Below, in pieces: positions 19,649 to 29,147 of a DNA stretch of 64,000 bases (its first letter is position 1; each line of letters starts with the position of its first letter). The stretch is from Alphaproteobacteria bacterium (GTDB taxonomy: Bacteria > Pseudomonadota > Alphaproteobacteria > JACZXZ01): assembly GCA_035509415.1 (NCBI GenBank), contig DATJLQ010000007.1, positions 696 through 64,695 of the forward strand. The letters are read 5' to 3'. The translations under genes were made by a program, and so were the position numbers. The notes under the pieces were generated by a model. The model did not search any database, had not been told where the DNA came from, and saw only the letters and a list, made by a program, of their open reading frames with translations.

Positions 19649-20863
19649 TCAATCGCGCGGCTTTGCGCCGTCGGAATAAACCGCGTCGCCGAGGAGGGCC
19701 CGCGCGGCCGTGAGCGCCGTGGGCTCGCGCGAGGCGCCGGGGCGGGCGAGGAAAGCGCGCGCATAGGCGTCGTAGGCCGCGTCGTCGAGCGTGGCCCAAT
19801 CGCGCGGCAACGCGGGCTCGGCCATGTCGAGCCGCGGCGCGCCGAGCCAGCTTGCGAAGCGCGCGATCGTGACGCCGTAGGGAGTCGCTTCCATCGCGGC
19901 GCCCGCGAGCAGCAGCACCGGCTTCCGGAACGCGACCGCGAAGCCGAGCGAGGTCGAGCAATGGGCGAGCACGAGACGCGCCCCCCGTACGAGCGCCGCC
20001 GTGCGGCCTTGCGCGATCTCGCGCCCGCCGAAGAGCTCGGCGGACCCGTAGCGCGCCTTGGGATGGGCGGCCACGACGACGTTGAGCCCGGTCTCGCGCT
20101 CGATGCGGTCGAAGGCGTTGCGCAGCAGCTCGAAATAGCGCTCCGGTGCGATGGGCGGCGGCGCCGCGCCGATGAGCGCGAAATCGGGATGGGATACGAA
20201 CATCTCATCGAGGAACACGGCATAGGCGCCGTCGGGTGCGGGCTCGGGCCGCGCCATCTCGGCGCGCGCGAGGCCCATGTCGAAGCTCTCGACGTCGACC
20301 ACGCGCGCGCGCGCGGGATGGGGGAAATGGGCCGTAAGCGCGCCGGGCGCATCCCCCGCCTTGAGCCAGATTGCCGGTGCGGCGAGTGCCGCGTAGCCGA
20401 GATCCCGGTCGAAGCGCCGGCACGCGAAACGCTTTGCGAGATGAGCCCAAAGGAGCGCATCCTGCGCGCGCGCGTGGAGATATTCATCCATGCCGCGCGT
20501 CGTCTTCCAGGGGCGGCGATGGAAAGTCGGGAGGGCGCCTTGGGTGAAGACCGCGTAGCGCACGCCCTTTCGCGCGAAGAGCCGGTAGAGCCAGGCGCTC
20601 TCATGATTGAGCGCCACGTCGGCCAGGACCGCGTCATGATCGGTGAGGCGCGCGAGATGGCTTTCGGCCGCCGCGACCGTTTGAGGCCGCACGGTGCTGG
20701 GGAAGAGAGGGGCTGCGGCCCCATCGACCGTGAGGCCGACCGGCCCATGGAGCTCGACGATCTCGACCTCGAGCCCGCGGCGCCGTGCCTCGTCGAGGCC
20801 GAGACGGGCCCAATCCCGCTCGGCGAACACGCCGCCATAGACGAAGACGATCCGGCTTGCCAT
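19649..20863 (-). CDS. Hypothetical protein. Possibly a GT-B-like glycosyl (ulosonic-acid) transferase.
   Basis: About 404 aa from the internal ATG at 20863. The ATG at 20941 would overlap the divergent ABC gene. The C-terminal half has Rossmann-like VVVAAHPKARYG...LVLAHCSTSLGFAVAFRKPVLLL. No confident family. Confidence 0.5.
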   Translation of the reverse strand: MASRIVFVYGGVFAERDWARLGLDEARRRGLEVEIVELHGPVGLTVDGAAAPLFPSTVRPQTVAAAESHLARLTDHDAVLADVALNHESAWLYRLFARKGVRYAVFTQGALPTFHRRPWKTTRGMDEYLHARAQDALLWAHLAKRFACRRFDRDLGYAALAAPAIWLKAGDAPGALTAHFPHPARARVVDVESFDMGLARAEMARPEPAPDGAYAVFLDEMFVSHPDFALIGAAPPPIAPERYFELLRNAFDRIERETGLNVVVAAHPKARYGSAELFGGREIAQGRTAALVRGARLVLAHCSTSLGFAVAFRKPVLLLAGAAMEATPYGVTIARFASWLGAPRLDMAEPALPRDWATLDDAAYDAYARAFLARPGASREPTALTAARALLGDAVYSDGAKPRD

Positions 20864-20940
20864 CGCGCGCGAGCCCCCGAGGACGCATGCCGCGCCCGTC
20901 ATATCGCACTCTCCGTGCGCCGCGCCAGGGGAATTCGGCA

Positions 20941-22779
20941 ATGAGGAACCGGCTCGCCGGCTATGTCGCCTTCGCGCGCCAATGCGCGACGCTGCTCGCC
21001 GACAACAAGGCGATCTTCGCCGTCTTCCTCGTGGTGTCGCTCCTGGGGGCGCTCACCGAGGGCCTCACCATCTCGCTCCTGGTGCCGATCCTCGACAACC
21101 AGGGCGGCCAGGGCTCGTTCGCCGGCGTTCCCTATTTCGGCGCCATCGCCGGCCTGTTCGGCGAGGTTTCGCCGAGCGAGCGCATCGAGATCGCCGCGAT
21201 CGCGATCGCGGTCCTGATCGTGCTCCGGAACCTGCTCCAATTCTCGGTCGACGCGTTGAGTGCCGTGATCCCGCTGCGCCTCCAGGAGAATTTCGCCAAC
21301 CGCGGCTACCGCGCGCTGATGGAGGTCGAGATCGGCTTCATCCACGCGCGCGAATACGGCGTGCTGTTCAACGGCGTGAGCGGCTGGGCCAAGGGTGTCA
21401 CGATGCTGCTCACCAACGTCGCGACCGTGGTGTGGGGAGCGCTCATCGTCGCGATCTACCTGGTCATGATGCTCGCGATCTCGGTGCCGCTCACGTTGCT
21501 CTCGATCGCGTTCATGGGCGGAATGTCGCTGGTGCTGCGCTGGCTGACCTCGGGGCCGCTCCGGCGCGCGGGCAAGCGCTCGAACGACGCGGTCGGCCGG
21601 GTCAACCAGCTGCTCATGGAATCGGTGGGCGGGATGAAGGTGATCCGCCTCGCGAGCGCCGAGACGACCATGATCGGCGCGTTCGGCGCCGCGGTCAGGA
21701 ACTCGCTCGAGGCCGAGCGCGGGGCGGCCAAGATCCAGGCGACCGTCCAGCCCGTGATGACGGCGGGCGCGGGACTGTTCATCTGCGCGCTCCTGCTTGG
21801 GAACGCGGCCTTCAACGCGTCGAACCCGAACGCCTGGGTCGGCTCGATCCTCCTGTTCCTGTTCCTGCTCTACCGCCTGGTGGGACCGATCGGCAACATC
21901 AACGGCGCGCGCGCGCGTATCGTCAAATACATCCATTCCTTCGACATGCTCAACGAATTCTACCGCGAGACCGCGGCGGCGCGGCAGCCCAACGGCACGC
22001 GCGCCTTCGAGGCCTGGCGCCGCGACATCGCGTTCGACCGCGTTTCCTTCGCCTACGCCAAGGCGGACGCGCCCGCGCTCCACGACGTCTCGACGCGCAT
22101 CGAGCGCGGCACGATGGTCGCGATCGTCGGCCCGTCGGGGGCCGGGAAGACAACCTTCATCTCGCTGCTCGCGCGCCTCTACGACCCGCGGGAGGGGAGC
22201 GTGCGCATCGACGGCACCGACCTCCGCGAATTCGACGTGCGCGGCTGGCGCCACCATTTGGCCGTGGTGACCCAGGACACCTTCATCTTCAACGACACCG
22301 CCGCGCGCAACATCGCGTTCGGGCGCGAGAACGCGACCCTCGACGAGATCCGCAACGCGGCCCGGCTCGCGGCCGCGGACGAGTTCATCGCCGGCATGCC
22401 CGAGGGCTACGACACGGTGCTCGGCGATCGCGGCGTGCGCCTTTCGGGCGGTCAGCAGCAGCGCATCGCGATCGCGCGCGCGGTGCTCGCGAACCCGGAC
22501 CTATTGATCCTCGACGAGGCCACGAGCCACCTCGATACCTTCACCGAGCGCGCGATCCAGGACGCGATCGATCGTGTGTCGCGCGAATGCACCGTGGTGG
22601 TGATCGCGCACCGCCTCTCGACCGTGCGCCGCGCCGACAAGGTGATCGTGATGGAGGGCGGACGCATCGTCGAGGAGGGATCGCACAAGGCGCTCATGGC
22701 GCGCCGCGGCCTCTATTGGGAGATGGTCGAGCATCAGCGCTTCGACATGTCGGACGAAGCGAGCGCGGCGTCGGCATGA
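20941..22779 (+). CDS. ABC transporter, fused permease/ATP-binding protein (type I exporter, MsbA-like).
   Basis: Six predicted TM helices, then Walker A (GPSGAGKTT), the ABC signature (LSGGQQQRIAIARA) and Walker B (ILDEATSHLD). Confidence 0.85.
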   Translation: MRNRLAGYVAFARQCATLLADNKAIFAVFLVVSLLGALTEGLTISLLVPILDNQGGQGSFAGVPYFGAIAGLFGEVSPSERIEIAAIAIAVLIVLRNLLQFSVDALSAVIPLRLQENFANRGYRALMEVEIGFIHAREYGVLFNGVSGWAKGVTMLLTNVATVVWGALIVAIYLVMMLAISVPLTLLSIAFMGGMSLVLRWLTSGPLRRAGKRSNDAVGRVNQLLMESVGGMKVIRLASAETTMIGAFGAAVRNSLEAERGAAKIQATVQPVMTAGAGLFICALLLGNAAFNASNPNAWVGSILLFLFLLYRLVGPIGNINGARARIVKYIHSFDMLNEFYRETAAARQPNGTRAFEAWRRDIAFDRVSFAYAKADAPALHDVSTRIERGTMVAIVGPSGAGKTTFISLLARLYDPREGSVRIDGTDLREFDVRGWRHHLAVVTQDTFIFNDTAARNIAFGRENATLDEIRNAARLAAADEFIAGMPEGYDTVLGDRGVRLSGGQQQRIAIARAVLANPDLLILDEATSHLDTFTERAIQDAIDRVSRECTVVVIAHRLSTVRRADKVIVMEGGRIVEEGSHKALMARRGLYWEMVEHQRFDMSDEASAASA

Positions 22780-23771
22780 CCGCATTTCCGAAGCGCGCCG
22801 CCGTCACCACGGCGCCGTTCGGCGCCCTCGACCCCGCGCCCCTCGAGCTCGCGGCGGCGGCGGGTGTCGCGCTCACGCTCAATCCCTACGGCCGGCGCCT
22901 CCAGGCGCACGAGGTCGCGGGCTTCCTCAAGGATCATCCGGTCGTGATCGCGGGCACCGAGCCGCTCAACGAAGCGGTGATGGACGCGTGCCCGGGGCTC
23001 AAGGCGATCTGCCGGGTCGGGGTCGGCCTCGACAGCGTGGATTTGAGTGCCGCGCGGCGGCGCGGCATCGCCGTCTCCTACACGCCCGACGCGCCCTCGA
23101 CCGCGGTCGCCGAGCTCGCGGTCGGCCTCATTCTCGATCTCTTGCGCGGCGTGGCGCCCGCGGACCGCGCGCTGCGCCAGGGCGAATGGACGCGCACGAC
23201 CGGCGCGCGCATCGCCCGCTCGACCGTGGGCGTGCTCGGCGTGGGACGCATCGGGCGGCGCGTCATCCACCATCTCCTCGGCGGATTCCCGGGCGTGCGC
23301 GTTCTCGCGCACGATCTCAATCCCGACCTGTCCCTCGACGGCGTCGAATGGGTCGACAAGGAGACGATCTATCGCACGGCGGACGTCGTCACCGTGCATC
23401 TGCCGCTCACCGCCGCGACCAAGGACCTGATCGGCGCGCGCGAGCTCGCCGCGATGCGGCCCTCGGCGGTGCTGGTGAACACGGCGCGTGGCGGCATCGT
23501 GAACGAGCGGGACCTTGCCGCGGCGCTTGCCCAAGGCGTCATCCAGGCCGCGGCGATTGACGTTTTCGAGCACGAGCCCTACAAGGGCCCGCTCGCTCAG
23601 TCGCCGCGTACGCTCCTGACCTGCCACATGGGCTCGATGACCGCCGATTGCCGCGCCCAGATGGAGACGGAGGCGATGCGCGAGGCGATCCGCTTTCTCG
23701 CGGGCGAGCCCTTCGCGTCGCCGGTACCGGACGAGGAATATGCCATTGCCGAGCAGCTTCACCGGGCTTGA
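22776..23771 (+). CDS. D-isomer-specific 2-hydroxyacid dehydrogenase (phosphoglycerate dehydrogenase-like).
   Basis: ATGA overlap. NAD-binding motif VGVLGVGRIGRRV and catalytic R/E/H motifs. The long ORF 20982-23771 is a frame fusion artefact. Confidence 0.8.
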   Translation: MTAFPKRAAVTTAPFGALDPAPLELAAAAGVALTLNPYGRRLQAHEVAGFLKDHPVVIAGTEPLNEAVMDACPGLKAICRVGVGLDSVDLSAARRRGIAVSYTPDAPSTAVAELAVGLILDLLRGVAPADRALRQGEWTRTTGARIARSTVGVLGVGRIGRRVIHHLLGGFPGVRVLAHDLNPDLSLDGVEWVDKETIYRTADVVTVHLPLTAATKDLIGARELAAMRPSAVLVNTARGGIVNERDLAAALAQGVIQAAAIDVFEHEPYKGPLAQSPRTLLTCHMGSMTADCRAQMETEAMREAIRFLAGEPFASPVPDEEYAIAEQLHRA

Positions 23772-24447
23772 GCGCGGCCTCGAGGCCGCGATCCTCGATT
23801 TCGACGGCGTCGTCGTCGAATCGACCGGGATCAAGACCGAAGCGTTCCGCGCGCTGTTCGCCGATTTCCCCGCGCGCGTCGACGCGATCGCGGCCCTCCA
23901 CCAGCGCCATGCGGGCGTCGACCGCTACGCCAAGTTCGACATGATTTATCGCGACATTCTCGGCCTGCCGCTTTCGGCCGAGACGCGGCGCGCGTTGGGC
24001 GAACGCTTCGCGCGTTTGGTCGAGGAGCGGGTCGTCGCCTGCCCGATGGTCGTCGGGGCCGGCGAGCTGCTGGCTTCCCTCGAGGGGCGCGTGCCGGTCG
24101 CAATCGCCTCGGCGACGCCCCAGGCCGAGATCGAGCGCATCGTCGCCAAACGCGGGCTCGGGCGATTCTTCGCCGCGGTACGCGGAAGCCCGCCGGACAA
24201 GACGGGCATCGTGCGGGCACTCCTGGCCGAGCGGGGCTGGAACCCATCGGCGACGCTCATGATCGGGGACGCGATCGCGGATTTCGAGGCGGCGCGCGCG
24301 AGCGGCCTCGCCTTCATCGGCCGCGCCGTGCCGGGCGAGCGCCATCCGTTCCCGGACGGCGTCGCGGTGGTCGACGATCTGACCGGCCTCGCCGCGACCC
24401 TTCTGGGCGATGCGCGCGGCACCATGCGCGCGAGGGCGATTTCATGA
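23740..24447 (+). CDS. HAD-superfamily hydrolase (phosphatase or beta-phosphoglucomutase-like).
   Basis: Motif I ILDFDGVVVEST plus later HAD motifs. The predicted start overlaps the upstream gene by 32 nt, so the true start may be downstream. Confidence 0.65.
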   Translation: MPLPSSFTGLERGLEAAILDFDGVVVESTGIKTEAFRALFADFPARVDAIAALHQRHAGVDRYAKFDMIYRDILGLPLSAETRRALGERFARLVEERVVACPMVVGAGELLASLEGRVPVAIASATPQAEIERIVAKRGLGRFFAAVRGSPPDKTGIVRALLAERGWNPSATLMIGDAIADFEAARASGLAFIGRAVPGERHPFPDGVAVVDDLTGLAATLLGDARGTMRARAIS

Positions 24448-25322
24448 GAATTCTCGTGACCGGCGGCAGCGGCTTCCTCGGCAGCCACGTCGCGGACGCG
24501 CTCACCGAGGCGGGCCACGAGACGATCGTGTTCGACCGCGCGCCGTCTCGCTGGATCGGGCCCAAGCAGCGCATGATCGTGGGCGACGTGCTCGATGCCG
24601 GCGCCGTCGCGACGGCGATGGAGGGATGCGGCGCCGTCTACCATCTCGCGGCCCTTGCCGACATCGACGCCGCGCTCGAGCGCCCGCGCGAGACCGTCGA
24701 GGTCAACATCATGGGCACGGTGAATTTGCTCGAGGCGGCGCGCGCGGCCAAGATCGGGCGCTTCGTGTTCTCGAGCTCGATCTACGTCTATTCGCGTCAG
24801 GGCTCGTTCTACCGCACCACCAAGCAGGCGTGCGAGCATTTGATCGAGGACTACCGCGAGCGCTTCGGCCTCGCCTACACGATCCTGCGTTACGGCTCGC
24901 TCTACGGACCGCGCGCCGACCGCAGCAACTATCTCCATAGCCTGCTCGCCCAGGCGCTCGAGGCGCGGCGCATGGACCATTACGGCACCGGCGACGAAGT
25001 GCGCGAGTACATCCACGTGCGCGACGCGGCCGCCATGAGCGTCGACGTGCTCGCGCCCGAGTTCGCCGACCAGATCATCCATCTCGCGGGCCGCGAGCGC
25101 ATGACCAGCCGCGACATGCTCGCCATGATCCGCGAGATGCTGGGCGGCGACGTGACGGTCAATTTCGAGAATGCCCTCTCGCCCGGCCATTACGTCCAGA
25201 CGCCGTACAACTACACGCCGCGGCTCGGCCGGCGCCTGACGCGCGACACCTACATCGACCTCGGCCTCGGGCTCCTCGATTGCCTGCAGCAGATCGACGC
25301 CGAGCGCACGCAAGAACGCTAG
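24444..25322 (+). CDS. NAD-dependent epimerase/dehydratase (SDR).
   Basis: ILVTGGSGFLGSHV motif and YxxxK (YRTTKQA). Confidence 0.8.
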   Translation: MRILVTGGSGFLGSHVADALTEAGHETIVFDRAPSRWIGPKQRMIVGDVLDAGAVATAMEGCGAVYHLAALADIDAALERPRETVEVNIMGTVNLLEAARAAKIGRFVFSSSIYVYSRQGSFYRTTKQACEHLIEDYRERFGLAYTILRYGSLYGPRADRSNYLHSLLAQALEARRMDHYGTGDEVREYIHVRDAAAMSVDVLAPEFADQIIHLAGRERMTSRDMLAMIREMLGGDVTVNFENALSPGHYVQTPYNYTPRLGRRLTRDTYIDLGLGLLDCLQQIDAERTQER

Positions 25323-25332
25323 GGAGCGAAGC

Positions 25333-26079
25333 ATGATCGTCGCCATCCTCATCGGCCGCGAAGGCTCGTCCGGCTATCCGGGGAAGAACGTGCTTCCGGT
25401 CCTGGGGAAGCCGCTGGTCGCCTGGCCGCTCGAGGCCGCGAAGTCGGTCGCCGAGATCGGACGCATCTACGTCTCGACCGATAGCCCGTCGATCAAGGCG
25501 ATCGCGCGCGAATACGGCGCACGCATCATCGAGCGGCCGGCCCATCTCGCGACCAAGGCGGCGCTCGGCGAGCACGCCTACGAGCATGCGCACCAGGTGA
25601 TCGCGGCCGAGCTCGCGCGCGAGGGGCAGACGGCCGAGCTCTACGTGCTGCTGATGGCGAACGCGCCGACCGTCTCGGCGGCGCAACTGCGCGAAGGCAT
25701 CGCGGTGCTGCGCGCCCATCCAGAGTACGATTCCGCGGTGACCGTGTCCTGCTACAACATGTGGAGCCCGTTGCGCGCGCGCAAGATCGGTGCCGACGGG
25801 CTCCTGCATCCCTTCGTGCCGTTCGAGACGTTCGGCGATCCGAAGACGCTCAATTGCGACCGCGACAGCCAGGGCGATTCCTGGTTCGCCGACATGGGCG
25901 TGTCGATCGTGCGGCCGAAGAATCTCGACCGGCTCGAGGACGGGCTTCTGCCGCAGAAATGGATGGGCCAGAAAATCTACCCGATCAGGAACGAAGGCGG
26001 GCTCGACGTCGATTATCCGTACCAGATGCCGCAAGCCGAGTTCTGGCTCAAGGCCCAGGGCGGCACCAAGGGGAAATGA
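25333..26079 (+). CDS. Acylneuraminate cytidylyltransferase-family protein (second CMP-sugar-acid synthetase paralogue).
   Basis: N-terminal AILIGREGSSGYPGKN matches the family motif. Confidence 0.8.
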   Translation: MIVAILIGREGSSGYPGKNVLPVLGKPLVAWPLEAAKSVAEIGRIYVSTDSPSIKAIAREYGARIIERPAHLATKAALGEHAYEHAHQVIAAELAREGQTAELYVLLMANAPTVSAAQLREGIAVLRAHPEYDSAVTVSCYNMWSPLRARKIGADGLLHPFVPFETFGDPKTLNCDRDSQGDSWFADMGVSIVRPKNLDRLEDGLLPQKWMGQKIYPIRNEGGLDVDYPYQMPQAEFWLKAQGGTKGK

Positions 26080-27221
26080 CCGTGCCCAAGCGCGAGGACG
26101 GCGGCGCTCCAAGGATGGGCGCGGCCCCGCGGCCCCGGGACCATCTCGCCGGCTTGAGCCGCGACAGCGATTGTCTCGGCGAGCGCACGCGCTTCGTGTG
26201 CCTCGACCGGAACGAGCGGCCGAGCGCGTGGCCGGAGGCGGATTTCCGCGCGGCCCTCGCGACCCTCAAGCCGACCGACTTCAATCATTATCCCGATCTC
26301 GGCCCGCTCTATGAGCGGCTGGTGCGCGCGACCGGCTTGCCCCAGGCGCGGCTTGCGGTGGGTGCCGGCTCGGACGCCCTCATCCGGCGCGCGCTTCACG
26401 CCTATCTCAGGCCAGGCGACAAGCTGCTCTCGCCCGATCCGAGCTACGGCATGTACGCGGTGTGGGCGCGTATCTTCGAGGCGGAGCATGTCGCGGTCCC
26501 CTACGGCGCCGATCTGCGTCTCGACCTCGACGGCTTCATCGCGCGCATCGAGACGGCGCGGCCGCGCGTGGTCGCGATCGCCAACGCCGACCAACCGACC
26601 GGCGCCATGCTCGCGCGCGACTCCCTGCTCGCCATCGTCGATGCCTGCGCGCGCATGGGCGCGTTGTGCCTCGTCGACGAGGCCTATCACCCGTTCTCGC
26701 CCGTGACCCTGCTCGGCGACGTGCGCGACCGTCCGTCGCTCCTGGTGCTGCGTAGCTTCTCCAAGAGCGGCGGCATCGCGGGCCTGCGCGTCGGCTTCGC
26801 CGCGGGCGACGCGGAGGCGATCCGCGCCCTCCACGCCGTGCGCAGCCCGGGCGAGGTCGCCTCGCTCTCGGCCGCGATCGCCTGCTACCTGCTCGACCGG
26901 CCGGAGATTTTCGAGCGCCATCGCGCCGAGGTCGAGGAGGGGCGCGCGCGCCTCCTCGCGGCGGCGGCGTCGCTCGGCTTCGAATGCCCGCCCTGCCACG
27001 GCAATTTCCAGCTCGTGCGCACGGCGCCGCTCGCGCCCAAGGCGCTCGCCGCAGCCCTCGAGCGGCGCGGCTACCTCGTCCGCGCCGGCTTCGGCTTCGC
27101 GCCCCTCAAGGACGCGATCCGCGTGACGCTCGACGGCCCGGCGGTGATCGATCCCTTCGTCGCGGCGCTCGAGGAAAGCTGCGCCGAGCTGCGCGCGGCC
27201 GCGGCACCCGCCGGCACCTGA
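26076..27221 (+). CDS. HisC-like class I/II PLP-dependent aminotransferase (CobD-type decarboxylase not excluded).
   Basis: ATGA overlap. PLP-lysine region SFSKSGGIAGLRVGF is typical of histidinol-phosphate aminotransferase and CobD homologues. Confidence 0.75.
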   Translation: MTVPKREDGGAPRMGAAPRPRDHLAGLSRDSDCLGERTRFVCLDRNERPSAWPEADFRAALATLKPTDFNHYPDLGPLYERLVRATGLPQARLAVGAGSDALIRRALHAYLRPGDKLLSPDPSYGMYAVWARIFEAEHVAVPYGADLRLDLDGFIARIETARPRVVAIANADQPTGAMLARDSLLAIVDACARMGALCLVDEAYHPFSPVTLLGDVRDRPSLLVLRSFSKSGGIAGLRVGFAAGDAEAIRALHAVRSPGEVASLSAAIACYLLDRPEIFERHRAEVEEGRARLLAAAASLGFECPPCHGNFQLVRTAPLAPKALAAALERRGYLVRAGFGFAPLKDAIRVTLDGPAVIDPFVAALEESCAELRAAAAPAGT

Positions 27222-27266
27222 GCGCGCCCAGATCGTTCGCCCGGATTCCCCGACCGAGGAGCCACT

Positions 27267-28358
27267 ATGACCGTGAAGATCGCCCTCATCGGCTGCGGCC
27301 GCGTCGCCGGCCATCATCTGCGCTCGGTCGCCTCGATCGAGGGCGCCCAGGTGGTCGCGGTGTGCGACCTCGTGGCCGACAAGGCGCGCGCATACGGCGA
27401 GAAGTTCAACGTCGCCTGGTTCACCGACTACCACGCCATGCTGCGCGCGCTGCCGGAGATCGACGTGGTCTCGATCATCACGCCGTCGGGCATGCATGCC
27501 GAGCACGGCATCGACGTGATGCGCCGCTACAAGAAGCACATCCTGGTCGAGAAGCCGACCTTCATGCACCCGGCGCAGCTCAACGAGGCCTACGACCTCG
27601 CCGAGGCGTCGGGCTTGCGCATCTTTCCAGTGTTCCAGAACCGCTACAATCGCGCCGTGGCGCGGGTCAAGGCAGCACTCGCGCGCGGCGAGCTCGGCGA
27701 GATCCGCATCATGGCGGTGCGCGTGCGCTGGTGCCGGCCCCAGCGCTATTACGAGCTCGCACCCTGGCGCGGCACCTTCTCCCACGATGGCGGCTGCCTC
27801 GGCAATCAGGGCATCCACCATATCGATCTGCTGCGCTATCTCGGCGGCGAGGTCGACCGGCTCAATGCCACGCTACGCACCCTTGGCGCCACGATCGAGG
27901 TCGAGGACACGGCGATCGCCACGCTCACCTACCGCAGCGGGGCCGTGGGCGTGGTCGAGGTCACGACGGCGGCGCGACCGGACGATTTCGAGGCGTCGCT
28001 CTCGATCGTGGGCTCGAAGGGGCTCGCCGAGCTCGGCGGCTGGGCGGTCAACGAGCTCCGGACCTTCACGCCCGATCCGGCCGTTTGCGCCGAGGCGAGC
28101 GAGAAGTTTCCCGACGTCTACGGCTTCGGCCATTTCGAGGTCTATCGCAACCTGGTGGCCGACCTCGCCGGGCGCCGGTCCTTTCCGGTCGACCGGCGCG
28201 ACTGTCTCAGCTCGATCAACCTGCTCCACGCCTTCTATCGCTCCGACGAGGAGGGCGGCTGGATCGACGTCGCGGCGGGCCGCGCGTCCGACCGGCTGGG
28301 CCGGCCGAACGAGGCGCTCTCCAACCTCTACCGCACGCCGGCGCCGAGCGCGCCCTGA
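27267..28358 (+). CDS. Gfo/Idh/MocA-family oxidoreductase.
   Basis: N-terminal KIALIGCGRVAGHHL Rossmann fold and EKP motif (ILVEKPTF). Confidence 0.8.
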   Translation: MTVKIALIGCGRVAGHHLRSVASIEGAQVVAVCDLVADKARAYGEKFNVAWFTDYHAMLRALPEIDVVSIITPSGMHAEHGIDVMRRYKKHILVEKPTFMHPAQLNEAYDLAEASGLRIFPVFQNRYNRAVARVKAALARGELGEIRIMAVRVRWCRPQRYYELAPWRGTFSHDGGCLGNQGIHHIDLLRYLGGEVDRLNATLRTLGATIEVEDTAIATLTYRSGAVGVVEVTTAARPDDFEASLSIVGSKGLAELGGWAVNELRTFTPDPAVCAEASEKFPDVYGFGHFEVYRNLVADLAGRRSFPVDRRDCLSSINLLHAFYRSDEEGGWIDVAAGRASDRLGRPNEALSNLYRTPAPSAP

Positions 28359-28361
28359 AAG

Positions 28362-29147
28362 TTGCCGCTCGTGACCGCGAAGAACATCGTCTACCGGACC
28401 GACGGGATCGCGCGCTATTTCGAGCGCCATCGCCGCCATTGGGACGAGTTCTATCCCTCCGAGCGCTGGGTGTTCGAGGCGATCGCGCGCGAGCGGTCGA
28501 GCCTCGGCGCGGTGCTCGACGTCGGCTGCGCGTTGGGCGGCCTGGGCACGGCCTTGGCCGAGCGCTTCCCGCTCGAGCGCTATGTCGGCGTCGACATCAA
28601 CCGCCAGGCGATCGAGGCGGCGCAGGCGCGTCCCGCCGCGATCCCGAGCGAGTTCATCGCGGGCGATATTTGCGATTGCGCGCCGCTTGCGGGCCGCGTC
28701 TTCGATCTCGTCGCGGCGCTGAGCGTGGTCGATTGGAATCTCGACGGCACCGGCATCCTCAAGGCGTGCTGGGAGCGCGTGGCGCCGGGCGGCCATCTCG
28801 TGCTTTCGCTCCGGCTCACCCCGGGCGCGGGCGTGCGCGATCCCGCGCGAAGCTTCCAGTACATCTGGCACGGCGCCGAGCCGCCGCCCGCGGACGCGGA
28901 GCGCGCACCCTATGTGGTGCTCAATGGGGTCGACGCGCTGCGGCTTCTCGCGAGCCAAGTGCCCGCACCCGCGCGCATTCTCGGCTACGGCTATTGGGGC
29001 CGTCCGTCCGCGACCGCGCGCACGCTTTACGAGCGGCTCGTCTTCGCGGTGTTCGCGCTCCGCAAGGCCGCGGCGGGCGAGACGCCGGACGAGCCGGCGC
29101 TCGAGCTTCATTTGCCATCGTCGGTGCTGCTTCCGGCGGCGCGATGA
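28362..29147 (+). CDS. Class I SAM-dependent methyltransferase.
   Basis: Motif I VLDVGCALGGLG. Non-ATG (TTG) start assumed. 261 aa. Confidence 0.65.
   Translation: MPLVTAKNIVYRTDGIARYFERHRRHWDEFYPSERWVFEAIARERSSLGAVLDVGCALGGLGTALAERFPLERYVGVDINRQAIEAAQARPAAIPSEFIAGDICDCAPLAGRVFDLVAALSVVDWNLDGTGILKACWERVAPGGHLVLSLRLTPGAGVRDPARSFQYIWHGAEPPPADAERAPYVVLNGVDALRLLASQVPAPARILGYGYWGRPSATARTLYERLVFAVFALRKAAAGETPDEPALELHLPSSVLLPAAR

Noticed and set aside
19490-22257. ORFs 19490-20944 (+), 19516-20838 (-) and 20899-22257 (-), and the 929-aa ORF 20982-23771 (+).
   Set aside because: Frame shadows. The 20982-23771 ORF is an artefactual fusion across the ABC exporter. The true D-2-hydroxyacid dehydrogenase starts at 22776.
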